This document shows, piece by piece, positions 8,201-18,441 of a stretch of DNA of 64,000 nt. The position numbers were made by a program, and so were the translations under genes. Origin of the DNA: Capsulimonadales bacterium (GTDB lineage Bacteria > Armatimonadota > Armatimonadia > Armatimonadales > Armatimonadaceae). Under the pieces are notes generated by a model. That model was not told where the DNA came from, searched no databases, and was given only the letters and a program-made list of their open reading frames with translations. The DNA is taken from NCBI GenBank assembly GCA_033762295.1, contig JANRLW010000077.1:1-64000 (forward strand), written 5' to 3'. Every line of letters starts with the position of its first letter. The stretch's first letter is position 1.

Positions 8201-10453
8201 GTGCCGATTGACCCCGCCGTTTACCGTGAGATGGGCCTGAACGATTCCGAGTATCAGTTGATTCTGGACGTGCTGCAACGCGAGCCGTCCTACACCGAGA
8301 TCGGAATGTATTCGGTCATGTGGAGCGAGCACTGCGGTTACAAGTACTCCCGGCCGGTGTTGAAGGCGTTCGCCGAATACAAAAAAGCGCAGGAGTCGGG
8401 CGCACTGGAGAATGCCGGTGTCGTCCCCCTCGGCGACACCGGTTACGGCGTCGTGTTCAAGATGGAATCGCACAACCATCCGTCGGCGGTCGAACCGTTC
8501 GAAGGGGCGGCGACCGGCGTCGGCGGCATCCTGCGCGACATCTTCACGATGGGCGCGCGCCCGGTCGCCATCCTCGACAGCCTGCGGTTCGGCCCGATCA
8601 CCGGCGACTCCCCGGCGGTGACCCGCAATAAATATCTCCTCAACGGCGTGGTCAGCGGTATCTCTCACTATACGAACTGTGTCGGGGTTCCGAATGCGGG
8701 CGGGGAGATCTATTTCCACCCCTGCTACAATGGCAACCCGCTGGTCAACGCGATGGCGGTCGGCGTCGTTCGGACCGATCGGATCGCCTCGGCGCGGGCG
8801 AAGGGGGTCGGGAACGGCGTTCTCTACGTCGGCAGCGCGACCGGGCGCGATGGTATCCACGGCGCGACCTTCGCCTCGGTCGAACTGACCGAGGAGAGCG
8901 AGGCCAAACGTCCCAATGTCCAGGTCGGTGATCCGTTCCTGGAGAAACTGCTGATCGAAGCGACCCTGGAAGCTCTGGAAACGGGCCACATCGTCGCCAT
9001 TCAGGACATGGGCGCGGCCGGTCTGACCTGCGGCACCTGCGAAATGTCCGCCAAGGGCGGGCTTGGCATGGAAATCGACGTGCAACGGGTTCCGCGCCGC
9101 GAGGCCGGCATGACCGCCTACGAGATCATGCTCTCCGAGTCCCAGGAGCGGATGCTGGCCGTCGTCGCGCAGGGACACGAGGAGGAGGTCGCCGCCGTCT
9201 TTCGGAAGTGGGGCCTGAACGCCGCCTATATCGGCGTCACCACCGACACTGGGCGGGTGATCGTCCGCGATGGCGACCGGATCGAAGCGGACGTCCCCGC
9301 GAAATCGCTGGCCGACGACTGCCCGACCTACTATCTGGAGGCCGCCGAGCCTGAGTACATCGCCGCCGTGCGAAACGTCGACCTTTCCGGTCTGCCCGAA
9401 CCCGACAGCTACGGGGACACGCTCCTCACCCTGCTTTCGACGCCGACCATCGCTTCGAAACGCTGGGTCTGGGAGCAGTACGACACGATGGTGCGCACGG
9501 AGACGGAGGTTCTGCCCGGACGGGCCGATGCCTGTGTCCTCGCCATCCGCGAGGCGGGCGGGCGTCGAATCGCCGTGACGACCGACTGCAACCCGCGTTT
9601 CTGCTATCTCGATCCCTATGTCGGCGCGCAGATCGCCATTGCCGAGGCGGCCCGCAACCTCTCCTGTGTCGGCGCGGTCCCGAAGGCGGTGACGGACTGT
9701 CTGAACTTCCCGTCGCCGGAGCGTCCGGCCGGGTTCTGGCAGTTCCGACGGGCGGTCGAGGGTATGGCCGCCGCCTGCGAGTTCTTCCGAACCCCGGTCG
9801 TCTCCGGGAACGTGTCGTTCTATAACGAGACGCCCGAAGTCGCGATCTACCCAACCCCGACGGTCGGTATGGTCGGCGTCTTCGAGGAGGGTGTGACCCC
9901 GTGCGATCTGGCGTTCAAGGAGGACGGCGACCTGATCTATCTCCTGCGCCCGGCGGGTTCGGAAAACGTTCATGGACTGGACGGCAGCGAGTATGTTTCG
10001 GTTCTTCACGGCAAGGATGTCGGCAATCCGGTCCTGGATATGGACGGCGAGGCGCGTGTGCAGCAGGTCGTCCGCGCGGCGATTGCCGGGGGCCATCTGA
10101 AATCGGCGCACGACTGCTCCGAGGGCGGTCTTGCCGTCGCCGTCGCCGAGTCCTGCCTGGGTGGGAACCGGGGTGCGGAGATCCGAATCGCGATCGCCGA
10201 CTTCGGTAGCCAGTCGTGGAGCGCGATCCTTTTCGGGGAGGCTTTCTCTCGCGTTCTGGTCACCGTTCGCGAGGGCGGTACGGCGCAGGAGGCGCTCCTC
10301 GACCTGGCGGAGAACGCCGGTATCGAGGCGATTTTCCTCGGCCAGGTCAAGGCGAACGATCGGTTGGACGCCGCCGGAATGTTCGATCTGCCGCTCTCCG
10401 TCCTGCGCGATGCCTATGAAGGCGCGATCCCCCGCGCGATGGGCGAAAAGTAA
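8201..10453 (+). CDS. purL: Phosphoribosylformylglycinamidine synthase subunit PurL
   Basis: MWSEHCGYK, KMESHNHPSAVEPFEGAATGVGGILRDI, QDMGAAG, MLSESQERM, VSGNVSFYNE, SAHDCSEGG; extended -10 TGcTACACT at 8158-8166. Confidence 0.97.
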   Translation: MPIDPAVYREMGLNDSEYQLILDVLQREPSYTEIGMYSVMWSEHCGYKYSRPVLKAFAEYKKAQESGALENAGVVPLGDTGYGVVFKMESHNHPSAVEPFEGAATGVGGILRDIFTMGARPVAILDSLRFGPITGDSPAVTRNKYLLNGVVSGISHYTNCVGVPNAGGEIYFHPCYNGNPLVNAMAVGVVRTDRIASARAKGVGNGVLYVGSATGRDGIHGATFASVELTEESEAKRPNVQVGDPFLEKLLIEATLEALETGHIVAIQDMGAAGLTCGTCEMSAKGGLGMEIDVQRVPRREAGMTAYEIMLSESQERMLAVVAQGHEEEVAAVFRKWGLNAAYIGVTTDTGRVIVRDGDRIEADVPAKSLADDCPTYYLEAAEPEYIAAVRNVDLSGLPEPDSYGDTLLTLLSTPTIASKRWVWEQYDTMVRTETEVLPGRADACVLAIREAGGRRIAVTTDCNPRFCYLDPYVGAQIAIAEAARNLSCVGAVPKAVTDCLNFPSPERPAGFWQFRRAVEGMAAACEFFRTPVVSGNVSFYNETPEVAIYPTPTVGMVGVFEEGVTPCDLAFKEDGDLIYLLRPAGSENVHGLDGSEYVSVLHGKDVGNPVLDMDGEARVQQVVRAAIAGGHLKSAHDCSEGGLAVAVAESCLGGNRGAEIRIAIADFGSQSWSAILFGEAFSRVLVTVREGGTAQEALLDLAENAGIEAIFLGQVKANDRLDAAGMFDLPLSVLRDAYEGAIPRAMGEK

Positions 10454-10459
10454 CGACGA

Positions 10460-12451
10460 TTACGGACTGTCGGCGGAGGAGACCTTTCGGTATTTCTTTC
10501 GGAACTTCTCCCAGACGGTCTTCACCTGCTCGTTCGTCGGCGCGATCTGTTCGGCCACCGTATAGATCTGCGCCGCCTCGGAGGGGTTCCGGTCCAGTTC
10601 GTACAGATAACCGTACTGAAGCAGCATGACCGCATAGTGATCCGCCAGGTAGGTCCGGTCCATCTCGCCCTCGAACCGCTGCAGGCTCAGGTCGGGCAGA
10701 TTCACCTGATCCCAGAGCCGTTTGTTGATCGTGATCAGTTTGGGGATGTTCACCGGTTCGTCACGGCGGTACAGTCGAATCACCAGTCCCTGAGGCGCGG
10801 GGATCAGGTCCGACTGCATCCAGTGCACCACGCGACTGACCGTTTTCCCGCCCTGCGTTTGGTCCTTCCGGCGCATCTCCTCTTCGCGGTCATCCAGGAA
10901 GGTCGTGTGCAGGGGGCGGTTTCGGGACAAACGCCGAAGGAGCGTGATCAACTGATCGCTGGCAAAGGCGGGGGTACGCTCCGAGGGTGCGGGAGGGAAA
11001 GTCACGTCAATATCCGTTCCCTGACGCCGCAGCACGTCGAAGTACCATCCGCTCGGATCGCGGTCGTACTGGACGTACATCGAGCTGAACACACCCCGTT
11101 CGATCACGGTCACATCCGGACGAATCCCCAGGACGAACCGCGCATACTGCACCGGAAAGGCGTCGTTGTCCCCTTGCAGCAACAGAACGCCGTTCGGTTC
11201 GACGTGTTCCAGTTTCTGCCGGGCGAAATCGCGAACGAAGGTAACCGGGCTCAGGTTGCAGGCGGCGAAATTTCGACCGATCTGTACCGGGGGCAACAGC
11301 AGAAGGCAGGCGGGCAGCAGTCGATCGCGGACGATCGGGGAGCGGAAGAGGTGCGTCAGTCGCTCCAGGGTGATTCCGAGGAAAACGAAGAGCGCCCACC
11401 AGACCGGAAGGAAGTATGCAAGAATATCATTGATTATATAAAACTGACAATAAACAGCGATAATGATCGCTGTCAGCAGTAATCCGAGCATCGTGCGCGG
11501 TTGTCGTCGCCCCAGCAGAAAGATGCCCACGATCGCCAGGGGAAGCCCGATCCAGAGGAATGTTTCCGCGGCGGCCTGTCCCGTCTCGCCGAGACGCGCC
11601 ACCCACCTTTCCGGCGTCGGCATCCGGAGGTTACCGCTGTAGATCCGCGCGGTGACATGCCGCAGCAGTCCGTCGACCGTCGACGGACGCGACCAGTTCA
11701 ACATTGGTTCCCCGGACGCCCAGTACATCAGCAACAGCCAGAACGACGGTCCGATACCGAGGATGGTCGCGATCACCGCCCCGATCCGCTGCGGCGCTTT
11801 CGGTTCGATCCACAGGCGTTTACCGGCCAGCAACAACAGGGCGGGCAGCAGGAGGACGATGGTCAGATGGTGAGCCAGTCCGAGGCTGAAGGCGGCCGCC
11901 GACAGAAAAAGCGCCTTATGCGACCCGGTATTGCCGTACCGCAGGGCCGCCAGGAGCGTCGTACCGACCAGCAGCAGATGAAGGCTGTACACTTCGACAC
12001 GGACGCACTGACTCCAGAAGACGTAACTGCCGCCGAACATCGCCGCCGAGGTGATGGCGGGGAGTATACCTGCACCGGTTTCACGGCAAAAGCGGTACAG
12101 CATCAGGACCGCACCCGCTCCGGCCAGGGCAACGACACAGCCCACTCGAAAGGTCGGTTCGCCGAAGGGTACCAGGACCAGCGCGATCCGACCCAGCAGT
12201 CCCAGCAACGGGTAGCCGGGGGGATGAATGATGCCGTTCGTGAAGATGGCGGTCGTTATCTCCCCGGAATCGCCCAGATAGACGGTACGACAGAGGGTCA
12301 GCAGATACAGGAGGGCGAAAAATCCGAACAATCCCATGGCGACCGTTCGTTCATGAATCCCTTCTCGTATGGGTTTCGGGTCGGGAGAGGAGACGGCAGG
12401 CAGATGAGGTATGGGTTCGGTATCGGCGAGCGGGGACGTACTGGTCGACAT
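10460..12451 (-). CDS. DUF2723 / TMEM260-like GT-C membrane glycosyltransferase with C-terminal TPR-like helices
   Basis: GDSGE...GIIHPPGYPL, FWSQ..RVEVYSL, GLAHH and GDND.FP motifs; many TM segments. Confidence 0.8.
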   Translation of the reverse strand: MSTSTSPLADTEPIPHLPAVSSPDPKPIREGIHERTVAMGLFGFFALLYLLTLCRTVYLGDSGEITTAIFTNGIIHPPGYPLLGLLGRIALVLVPFGEPTFRVGCVVALAGAGAVLMLYRFCRETGAGILPAITSAAMFGGSYVFWSQCVRVEVYSLHLLLVGTTLLAALRYGNTGSHKALFLSAAAFSLGLAHHLTIVLLLPALLLLAGKRLWIEPKAPQRIGAVIATILGIGPSFWLLLMYWASGEPMLNWSRPSTVDGLLRHVTARIYSGNLRMPTPERWVARLGETGQAAAETFLWIGLPLAIVGIFLLGRRQPRTMLGLLLTAIIIAVYCQFYIINDILAYFLPVWWALFVFLGITLERLTHLFRSPIVRDRLLPACLLLLPPVQIGRNFAACNLSPVTFVRDFARQKLEHVEPNGVLLLQGDNDAFPVQYARFVLGIRPDVTVIERGVFSSMYVQYDRDPSGWYFDVLRRQGTDIDVTFPPAPSERTPAFASDQLITLLRRLSRNRPLHTTFLDDREEEMRRKDQTQGGKTVSRVVHWMQSDLIPAPQGLVIRLYRRDEPVNIPKLITINKRLWDQVNLPDLSLQRFEGEMDRTYLADHYAVMLLQYGYLYELDRNPSEAAQIYTVAEQIAPTNEQVKTVWEKFRKKYRKVSSADSP

Positions 12452-12520
12452 ATTGTTTTTCCCCTTACATCTTCGGGGAATTCGCTCCGTTCATGCAGGG
12501 CGACCGTTGGAATGTATCCC

Positions 12521-12549
12521 GCAGGAAAACCACCGGGAAGGCAACGAAT
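12521..12549 (+). promoter_or_regulatory. AGGA-N19-GAAT motif (sigma-H-like promoter)
   Basis: GCAGGAAAAccaccgggaaggcaacGAAT, 28 nt before ATG 12577. Confidence 0.4.
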
Positions 12550-12576
12550 ACTCTGTTCGGCACTCCGATACCGGCC

Positions 12577-13275
12577 ATGACCCACGAACCGACCAACGAG
12601 AAAACGAACGGAGCCTCGACGTCCGCGATTCCCTACGTCGCGCCGTTCTTCGCCTTCGTTCTCCTGACCGCACTGGAAAAGTATGCCGGTCCCTACCCGA
12701 TCGCTTACGGCATCAAGATTCTCCTGGTGACGATCACGCTCGCGGTCTGCTCGCGGCACTGGCGGCATGAGATTCGTCGGGACAGCCGGGGCGTTTCTCT
12801 CGGATGGGTGATCGGACTGGTGGGGTTGCCGCTCTGGCTCGGTCTCCACGCCGTCACCCCACCGCTTCCCGCCTGGCTCGGCGGCGGGCGGGCCTCGTTC
12901 GATCCGTTCCGCGACATTCCTGATCCCGTCTGGCGGCTTGTCTTTCTGGCGGAACGTTTTTTCGGCCTTGTGGTCGTCGTTCCTCTGCTGGAGGAGGTCT
13001 TCTGGCGGTCGTTTTTGCTGCGTTATATTACCGACCCGGATCGCTGGGCGACTCGGCCCCTGAGCGAATTTTCACCGGTCGCGTTTTTTGCGGTCGCTTT
13101 CCTGTTTGCCGGCGTCCACCCGGAATACCTGGCCGCCTTCGTCTATGCCGCCCTCCTGGCCGGGTTGCTGCGCTTTTCGGGAGGTTCGCTGTCCGCCTGC
13201 ATCATCGCGCACGCCGTCACGAATCTGAGCCTGGGCGTTTATGTTCTGCTCACAAGAAACTTTCAATACTGGTAA
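12577..13275 (+). CDS. CPBP family (CAAX prenyl protease-related) intramembrane glutamic protease
   Basis: VVPLLEEVFWRSFL (EExxxR), FAGVH and CIIAHAVTNL motifs; multi-TM. Confidence 0.85.
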   Translation: MTHEPTNEKTNGASTSAIPYVAPFFAFVLLTALEKYAGPYPIAYGIKILLVTITLAVCSRHWRHEIRRDSRGVSLGWVIGLVGLPLWLGLHAVTPPLPAWLGGGRASFDPFRDIPDPVWRLVFLAERFFGLVVVVPLLEEVFWRSFLLRYITDPDRWATRPLSEFSPVAFFAVAFLFAGVHPEYLAAFVYAALLAGLLRFSGGSLSACIIAHAVTNLSLGVYVLLTRNFQYW

Positions 13276-13365
13276 AAAGATTTCCGGCTTTCCCCTGGCA
13301 GAGGGAACCGATAATCGTAAGGACGGCGGTCACGGAGATCGGATGCGTCAGGAGGAGGGAATAGC

Positions 13366-15270
13366 ATGGCGAAACTGACACGAGCCGAGTTTGAGGAACG
13401 CGTGAGGCGTCTGGAGGGAATGGCGCAAAAGGACCCGGTGGGCTATCGTCGTCGAGTCGGTCTCATCGCCGCCCTGGGATACGGGTTTATCTTCCTGATC
13501 GTTCTGGTTCTGATCCTGGCGGTGGGTTCGATTATTCTGATCGTGGTCCTCACCCATCGGTTCGGCCTCGCGTTGATCAAACTGGGGATTCCGGCCTTCG
13601 TGCTTCTGGTTGCCACCGTGCGTGCGTTATGGGTGCCGTTCGATCGCCCGGAGGGAATCAAACTGACCGATCGGGAAGCCGCCCCCCTGCTCATTCTGGT
13701 GCGACGAATGACCGAGGCGCTTCAGGCTCCCCGCTTCCATCATGTCCTGCTCACTCCTTCGTTTAATGCCGGCGTCTACCAGCGTCCACGGTTCGGACTG
13801 TTCGGCTGGCCGGAGAATTATCTGATGGTCGGCCTCCCCTTGCTGCAATCTTTGTCCCCCGAGCAATTTGAAGCGGTCCTGGCGCACGAACTCGGCCACC
13901 TTCGCGGCGGACACGGACGCTTCGGGGCGTGGATTTACCAAATCAATCGAACCTGGGAACAGCTTCTGAACAACCTTGGCGAACAGGGTCCGACCGGCGC
14001 GATTTTGCGTGCCTTTTTTCGATGGTACGCCCCGTTCTTTGCCGCCTCCTCGTTCGCGCTGCGCCGACAGGACGAATATGAAGCGGATCGCTGCGCCGCC
14101 CGTCTGACCTCGGCCCGTACCATCGCCGATGCGCTCTGTTGTCTGCCGGTTTATGATCGATACCTGGATGAACGATACTGGACCGATCTCGCGAAGTCCG
14201 TTCGCCAATCGCCGATACCGCCCGGCGCCACCTACTCGTCGCTGCTGAACTTTCTGGCCCGAACGCCGCCGCCGCCCGAGGACGCCGAGAAATCGCTGCG
14301 TACCGCCCTCCATGAGGAGACAGGTATGACCGATACCCACCCGTCCCTCACCGACCGTCTGAAAGCGCTTGGCGAGGAGCCGCGCCTCTGTCCCACCCCA
14401 CCGGTCACCGCCGCCCAGCGATACTTCGGCCATCACCTTCCGGAGCTGGCCACGATGCTGGACAACCTCTGGCTGGTCCATGCCCGACCGCTCTGGGAGA
14501 CGCAACATAAGGAAGCACTGGAAAAACGCGAGAAGCTGAATCTTCTGAATCAGCGGGCGACCGTCCTGACACTGGATACGAAGGATGCCTGGTGGCGCGC
14601 TCAGACGACCGAGGAACTCGACGGCGAGGAGGCCGCTCTCCCGCTCTACCGATCCCTGCAAAACGATCCCGATATCGGGCTGCTCGCCACTTTCGCCATA
14701 GGGCGCATTCTGCTGGAACAGGACGATCCGGAAGGCGTCGCGCTGGTTCGCCAGGTCATTGCCCGGGAACCCGACGCGACCCTGTCCGGGCTGGCATTGA
14801 TCCATGCCTACGAGACCCGTCAGGGTAATCGCGAAGGCGCGAAAGCCATTCGCACGGAGGGGATGACCCATGCGGACAAGGCCGACGACGCCGAGGAGGA
14901 GCGGAACGACTTTGGAAATGCCAGGACGCGCTACCTGCCGCACGGCGTCGACGAGAACGTCCTCACCGCCCTGCGACAGATTCTCCTGCGCTTCCCCGAC
15001 GTGGACGAGGCCTATCTGGTGCGAAAGGCCGTCGTCCACTTTCCCGAAAAACCTCTCTACGTGTTCGGCGTGACGCTGACCCACGAATGGCGACGCCTCA
15101 ACCGCGATAACGAGGCGATGCATCTGCAAAACGCCCTTTTCACAACGATTTCCGAGGAGAACACCCTTCCGGGGGAGGGTTTCATTGTCGTGATGGCGGG
15201 TGGCGCAGCGTGGCTGAAGAAATCGGTCGAGAAGGTGCCCGGCGCACGGATCTATGTTCGTTCCCGCTGA
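13366..15270 (+). CDS. M48 family membrane metallopeptidase with long C-terminal extension
   Basis: AVLAHELGH, RRQDEYEAD, DTHPSLTDR M48 motifs; AGGAGG RBS. Confidence 0.85.
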   Translation: MAKLTRAEFEERVRRLEGMAQKDPVGYRRRVGLIAALGYGFIFLIVLVLILAVGSIILIVVLTHRFGLALIKLGIPAFVLLVATVRALWVPFDRPEGIKLTDREAAPLLILVRRMTEALQAPRFHHVLLTPSFNAGVYQRPRFGLFGWPENYLMVGLPLLQSLSPEQFEAVLAHELGHLRGGHGRFGAWIYQINRTWEQLLNNLGEQGPTGAILRAFFRWYAPFFAASSFALRRQDEYEADRCAARLTSARTIADALCCLPVYDRYLDERYWTDLAKSVRQSPIPPGATYSSLLNFLARTPPPPEDAEKSLRTALHEETGMTDTHPSLTDRLKALGEEPRLCPTPPVTAAQRYFGHHLPELATMLDNLWLVHARPLWETQHKEALEKREKLNLLNQRATVLTLDTKDAWWRAQTTEELDGEEAALPLYRSLQNDPDIGLLATFAIGRILLEQDDPEGVALVRQVIAREPDATLSGLALIHAYETRQGNREGAKAIRTEGMTHADKADDAEEERNDFGNARTRYLPHGVDENVLTALRQILLRFPDVDEAYLVRKAVVHFPEKPLYVFGVTLTHEWRRLNRDNEAMHLQNALFTTISEENTLPGEGFIVVMAGGAAWLKKSVEKVPGARIYVRSR

Positions 15271-16589
15271 TCCCCCACCACCGTGACCGCCGCGCGGTCG
15301 ATCGGGCGGCGCAGAGAGGCAATCGACAGACCGGCTTTGATCGCCGTCAGGATGCCCGCCGCCTCGCAATAGTTTTCCGCCCGGTGGAACTGCCCCGGAC
15401 GCCACGGCAGGCGGGACAGATCGTTGCGCATCACATTCCGATTCTCCCGCACGGCGACGACCGGAATCCGCTGGTCGAGAGCGGCGAGAATCGGCAGACC
15501 GAGGACGCCGTCCGGCACAACCAGACAGGAGATGTCCGACGCGGTCAGCAGACCGGGCGCGAATGTTTCCGTCCTCCGTGGGACGATCCGCGGACTCCGC
15601 TGCAGTCCCTTCAGTACCGACTGCAAAAACGAGACGGAGATCACCTCCGCTGCCATGCGCGGATCGACGATACCCGGCTGAACCGCCCAGATTTCCGCCG
15701 AGGAATGCGGCGCATCATCGAACACGAAGATCGGGGCATGGGCCGTCGGCAGTGCGAGCAGATGGGACAGGGCGTGGGTATAGATCGCCTCGATCCCGCC
15801 GACCGGGTTCACCTGATCGCCGTCGCCGTTGAGATAGCGGGTATAGACCTCGAAGTGCAGTTCCACCCCGCCGGCCAGAGTCAGGGCGTCGAACGTCCCT
15901 GCCCGTGGCTCCAGAGCGTTCAGCAGTCGTTCGATCCCTTCCACCTTGCCGGCGGCCCGTCCCGATGCCGTGTATTCCCCCCGCAGGCGCACCGGAGGGT
16001 CCGCAATCAGCAGTTCGGGACTGTCCAGTCCGTAACAGGCGCGGGCGGCATTGACGGCGTTGATGACCGCGTTCATCGACAGGCGATCCCGCTGGGCATC
16101 GGTGACGATCAGCACCCGGTTGGCGCGGACAGGTTGCAGACCGACGGTTCCCTGTACGAACTTCGTCAGAACGCTTCCTTCGACGTACAGGGCATTTGGC
16201 GGCATCTCGTTGATATCGGAGCCATTGACGACGTTCGGGTGAAGAATCAGCCGGTCGCAGGTCGCGCCGATCAACCGGGCGATCGATCCGGCATCGCCCG
16301 CGTGTCCGCCGATCTCGCAGCCGATCCCGGTCGGCACCAGCAACACGGCGGTAAAGGCGTCGGTGTTCTCGATGGACCGGCGAACGGTTCGGAAAAGCCC
16401 CGCCCGATCCGGATTCGGCGCGGACAGCACGCCGATCTCGCCGAAACACGCGTCCCCGTCCGTTCGGCTGACGACGAACCGGATCGGCGTCTCGTCGTTC
16501 CCGAGGTAACGGGACATCGCCGCCTCCCGTCCCATGACGTCGATCAGTGTCGACAGTGGCAGTTCAAACTCTTTTTCGTAAACGTTCAC
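15252..16589 (-). CDS. DUF3326 domain-containing protein
   Basis: VPTGIGCEIGGHAGDA, HPNVVNGSD, LYVEG, GGIEA, AHAP, DPRMAAE and EAAG motifs typical of DUF3326. Confidence 0.75.
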   Translation of the reverse strand: MNVYEKEFELPLSTLIDVMGREAAMSRYLGNDETPIRFVVSRTDGDACFGEIGVLSAPNPDRAGLFRTVRRSIENTDAFTAVLLVPTGIGCEIGGHAGDAGSIARLIGATCDRLILHPNVVNGSDINEMPPNALYVEGSVLTKFVQGTVGLQPVRANRVLIVTDAQRDRLSMNAVINAVNAARACYGLDSPELLIADPPVRLRGEYTASGRAAGKVEGIERLLNALEPRAGTFDALTLAGGVELHFEVYTRYLNGDGDQVNPVGGIEAIYTHALSHLLALPTAHAPIFVFDDAPHSSAEIWAVQPGIVDPRMAAEVISVSFLQSVLKGLQRSPRIVPRRTETFAPGLLTASDISCLVVPDGVLGLPILAALDQRIPVVAVRENRNVMRNDLSRLPWRPGQFHRAENYCEAAGILTAIKAGLSIASLRRPIDRAAVTVVGDQRERT

Positions 16590-16598
16590 GTTGACAGG

Positions 16599-17726
16599 TC
16601 AGTCCCAGCCCAGGTGTGTCCGATAGTCTTCCAGATCGTAATGGTGGCGGAGACGGCATCGGCCCTCCGAATCTATCGCGTACCGGGTGGGAAGCGCAAC
16701 CCCGTTGAACCAGTGGGCCTTTGCCAGTGTGTAGGCGCCGACGTTCGGAAAGGTCAGCCGGTCGCCGATCGACAGCGGTTCGGCGAATCGGTAGACGCCG
16801 AAGACGTCCCCGGCCAGGCAGGTCGCCCCCGCGAGCAACACCTCGTACGGATGATGGTCCGAATGGCCGACGACCTCCGGGCGGTAGCGGTACTCGAAAA
16901 CCTCCGGAAGATGATTTACCGTGGTGTCGAGAACGGCGACCGCGCGTCCGTTCGTCTCGAACCGATCGATCACCGAGGCGATCAGCGTTCCCGCCGGTCG
17001 TACCAGTGACGCTCCCGGTTCGATATACACGGTCGCCTGCGGGTACCGGTCGCGCAGTCGGTCGACGGTTCGATAGAGCGGCGTCCACTCATCGGGATGC
17101 GGCAGACGGTATCCGCCCCCCAGATTGATCCAGTCGACCTGCCGCAGCAGGGCATTCGCCCCGTCGATCAGGTGCGCGACCGTCTCCTCCAGGGGGAGGT
17201 AGTTGGGGGCGTCGCAGTTGGAATGAAAATGCACCCCGGCCAGGCCGCGCAGTCCGGTCGGGTCCATTCGGGCAAGATCGGAAAGCGGCACCCCGAGTTT
17301 CGCGCCGGGGCGACCGGGATCGTAACGCTCGTCCGGGAGGTAGGAACGTTCCGGGTTGATGCGCAGGCCGACCGTTCGACTCTTCAACCGAGGCCCGAAC
17401 CGCTCCCACTGGGATGGCGAGTTCAGTACGACCTGGTCGCAGAGCCGCGCGATCTCCGGGATCTCGGTTTCCCGGTAGCCGGGGGTGACGATCGCCAGGG
17501 TTCCGCGCGTTCCGAGCACCTCCCGACAGAGCGCGGCCGAGAAGAGGGAACTGGCGGTGAACCCGTCGAGCATCTCCGCGAGCAGCGTCAGAGCATCCGG
17601 GTCGAGCAGCGGTTTGGTCGCATACAGGATGCGAACTCCGGTCGCCTCCCGGATGCGGCGATAGGTTTCCGCCTGTTCCCGGACGATCCGCAGGTCAAGG
17701 ACGAAGGCGGGCGTCTCCGAAATCAC
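16599..17726 (-). CDS. PLP-dependent fold-III decarboxylase, carboxynorspermidine decarboxylase-like
   Basis: TPAFVLD, YATK (PLP Lys), GLRINP, GVHFH, NLGGG, IEPG, GATCLAGD, KAHWFNG; GTG start overlaps upstream stop (GTGA). Confidence 0.8.
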   Translation of the reverse strand: MISETPAFVLDLRIVREQAETYRRIREATGVRILYATKPLLDPDALTLLAEMLDGFTASSLFSAALCREVLGTRGTLAIVTPGYRETEIPEIARLCDQVVLNSPSQWERFGPRLKSRTVGLRINPERSYLPDERYDPGRPGAKLGVPLSDLARMDPTGLRGLAGVHFHSNCDAPNYLPLEETVAHLIDGANALLRQVDWINLGGGYRLPHPDEWTPLYRTVDRLRDRYPQATVYIEPGASLVRPAGTLIASVIDRFETNGRAVAVLDTTVNHLPEVFEYRYRPEVVGHSDHHPYEVLLAGATCLAGDVFGVYRFAEPLSIGDRLTFPNVGAYTLAKAHWFNGVALPTRYAIDSEGRCRLRHHYDLEDYRTHLGWD

Positions 17727-18430
17727 GGAAGCGGGGTGCCGGACTCCTCGACCCGAGTTCCACCGTCCTGCGTCAGCGTCACGGTCCAGAAATGACGGCG
17801 GGTGCATCCGGCCGGGCAATCTCCCCACCCCCGCGAAAAGACGTAGACCCGCGTATCTCCGGAGACCTGGCGGGTGATATTGTCGCCGTCGCCGATCAGC
17901 GGATTACCGGTGGCCGCGGTAATGCCGTTGCCCGCTGCCGCATACCTCTCCGCGACGATGCGGGTCGCGAGCGGATCGGCGAAGGTGAGTTTGAAGACAT
18001 CGGCGGTCGAGAATGCGCCGACATGGGTCACACCGGTCAGTCGGTACGTCTCCCCGATACGGTCGATGGCGTCGACCCCGCTCGTCGTTTGTCCGTTCAC
18101 CCAGTTCGATTTCCACGGGGCGGTCGGTGCGACATCGACCAGTACGGAGTCGGGATCATCCTGCGGGCGAGCATGGATATCGTCCGGCACATCGGTAAGG
18201 GCGCGGATCCGGCTCAGGTCGGTGTCGGCCTGCCGGGCGATCGCCGCCGAAATCCAGCCGTCGGTCGATTCTCGCGAGGCCAGAATCCGGGCGTCGGTCG
18301 AATAGTTCCCGGCGTCGGCGCGAGTGATGGACGTTTGAACCGGCTGCAACGCACCGCTTTTGCTGCCGCAGCCCGTCAGCAGTCCGACACTGATGCCACA
18401 GAGAACGAACGGAATGATCCGGTTTCGCAT
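17723..18430 (-). CDS. Hypothetical lipoprotein
   Basis: Lipobox LLTGC after MRNR signal; C-terminal GWGDCPAGC motif; AAGGAAGG RBS. Confidence 0.7.
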   Translation of the reverse strand: MRNRIIPFVLCGISVGLLTGCGSKSGALQPVQTSITRADAGNYSTDARILASRESTDGWISAAIARQADTDLSRIRALTDVPDDIHARPQDDPDSVLVDVAPTAPWKSNWVNGQTTSGVDAIDRIGETYRLTGVTHVGAFSTADVFKLTFADPLATRIVAERYAAAGNGITAATGNPLIGDGDNITRQVSGDTRVYVFSRGWGDCPAGCTRRHFWTVTLTQDGGTRVEESGTPLP

Positions 18431-18441
18431 AGTTACCTTCC

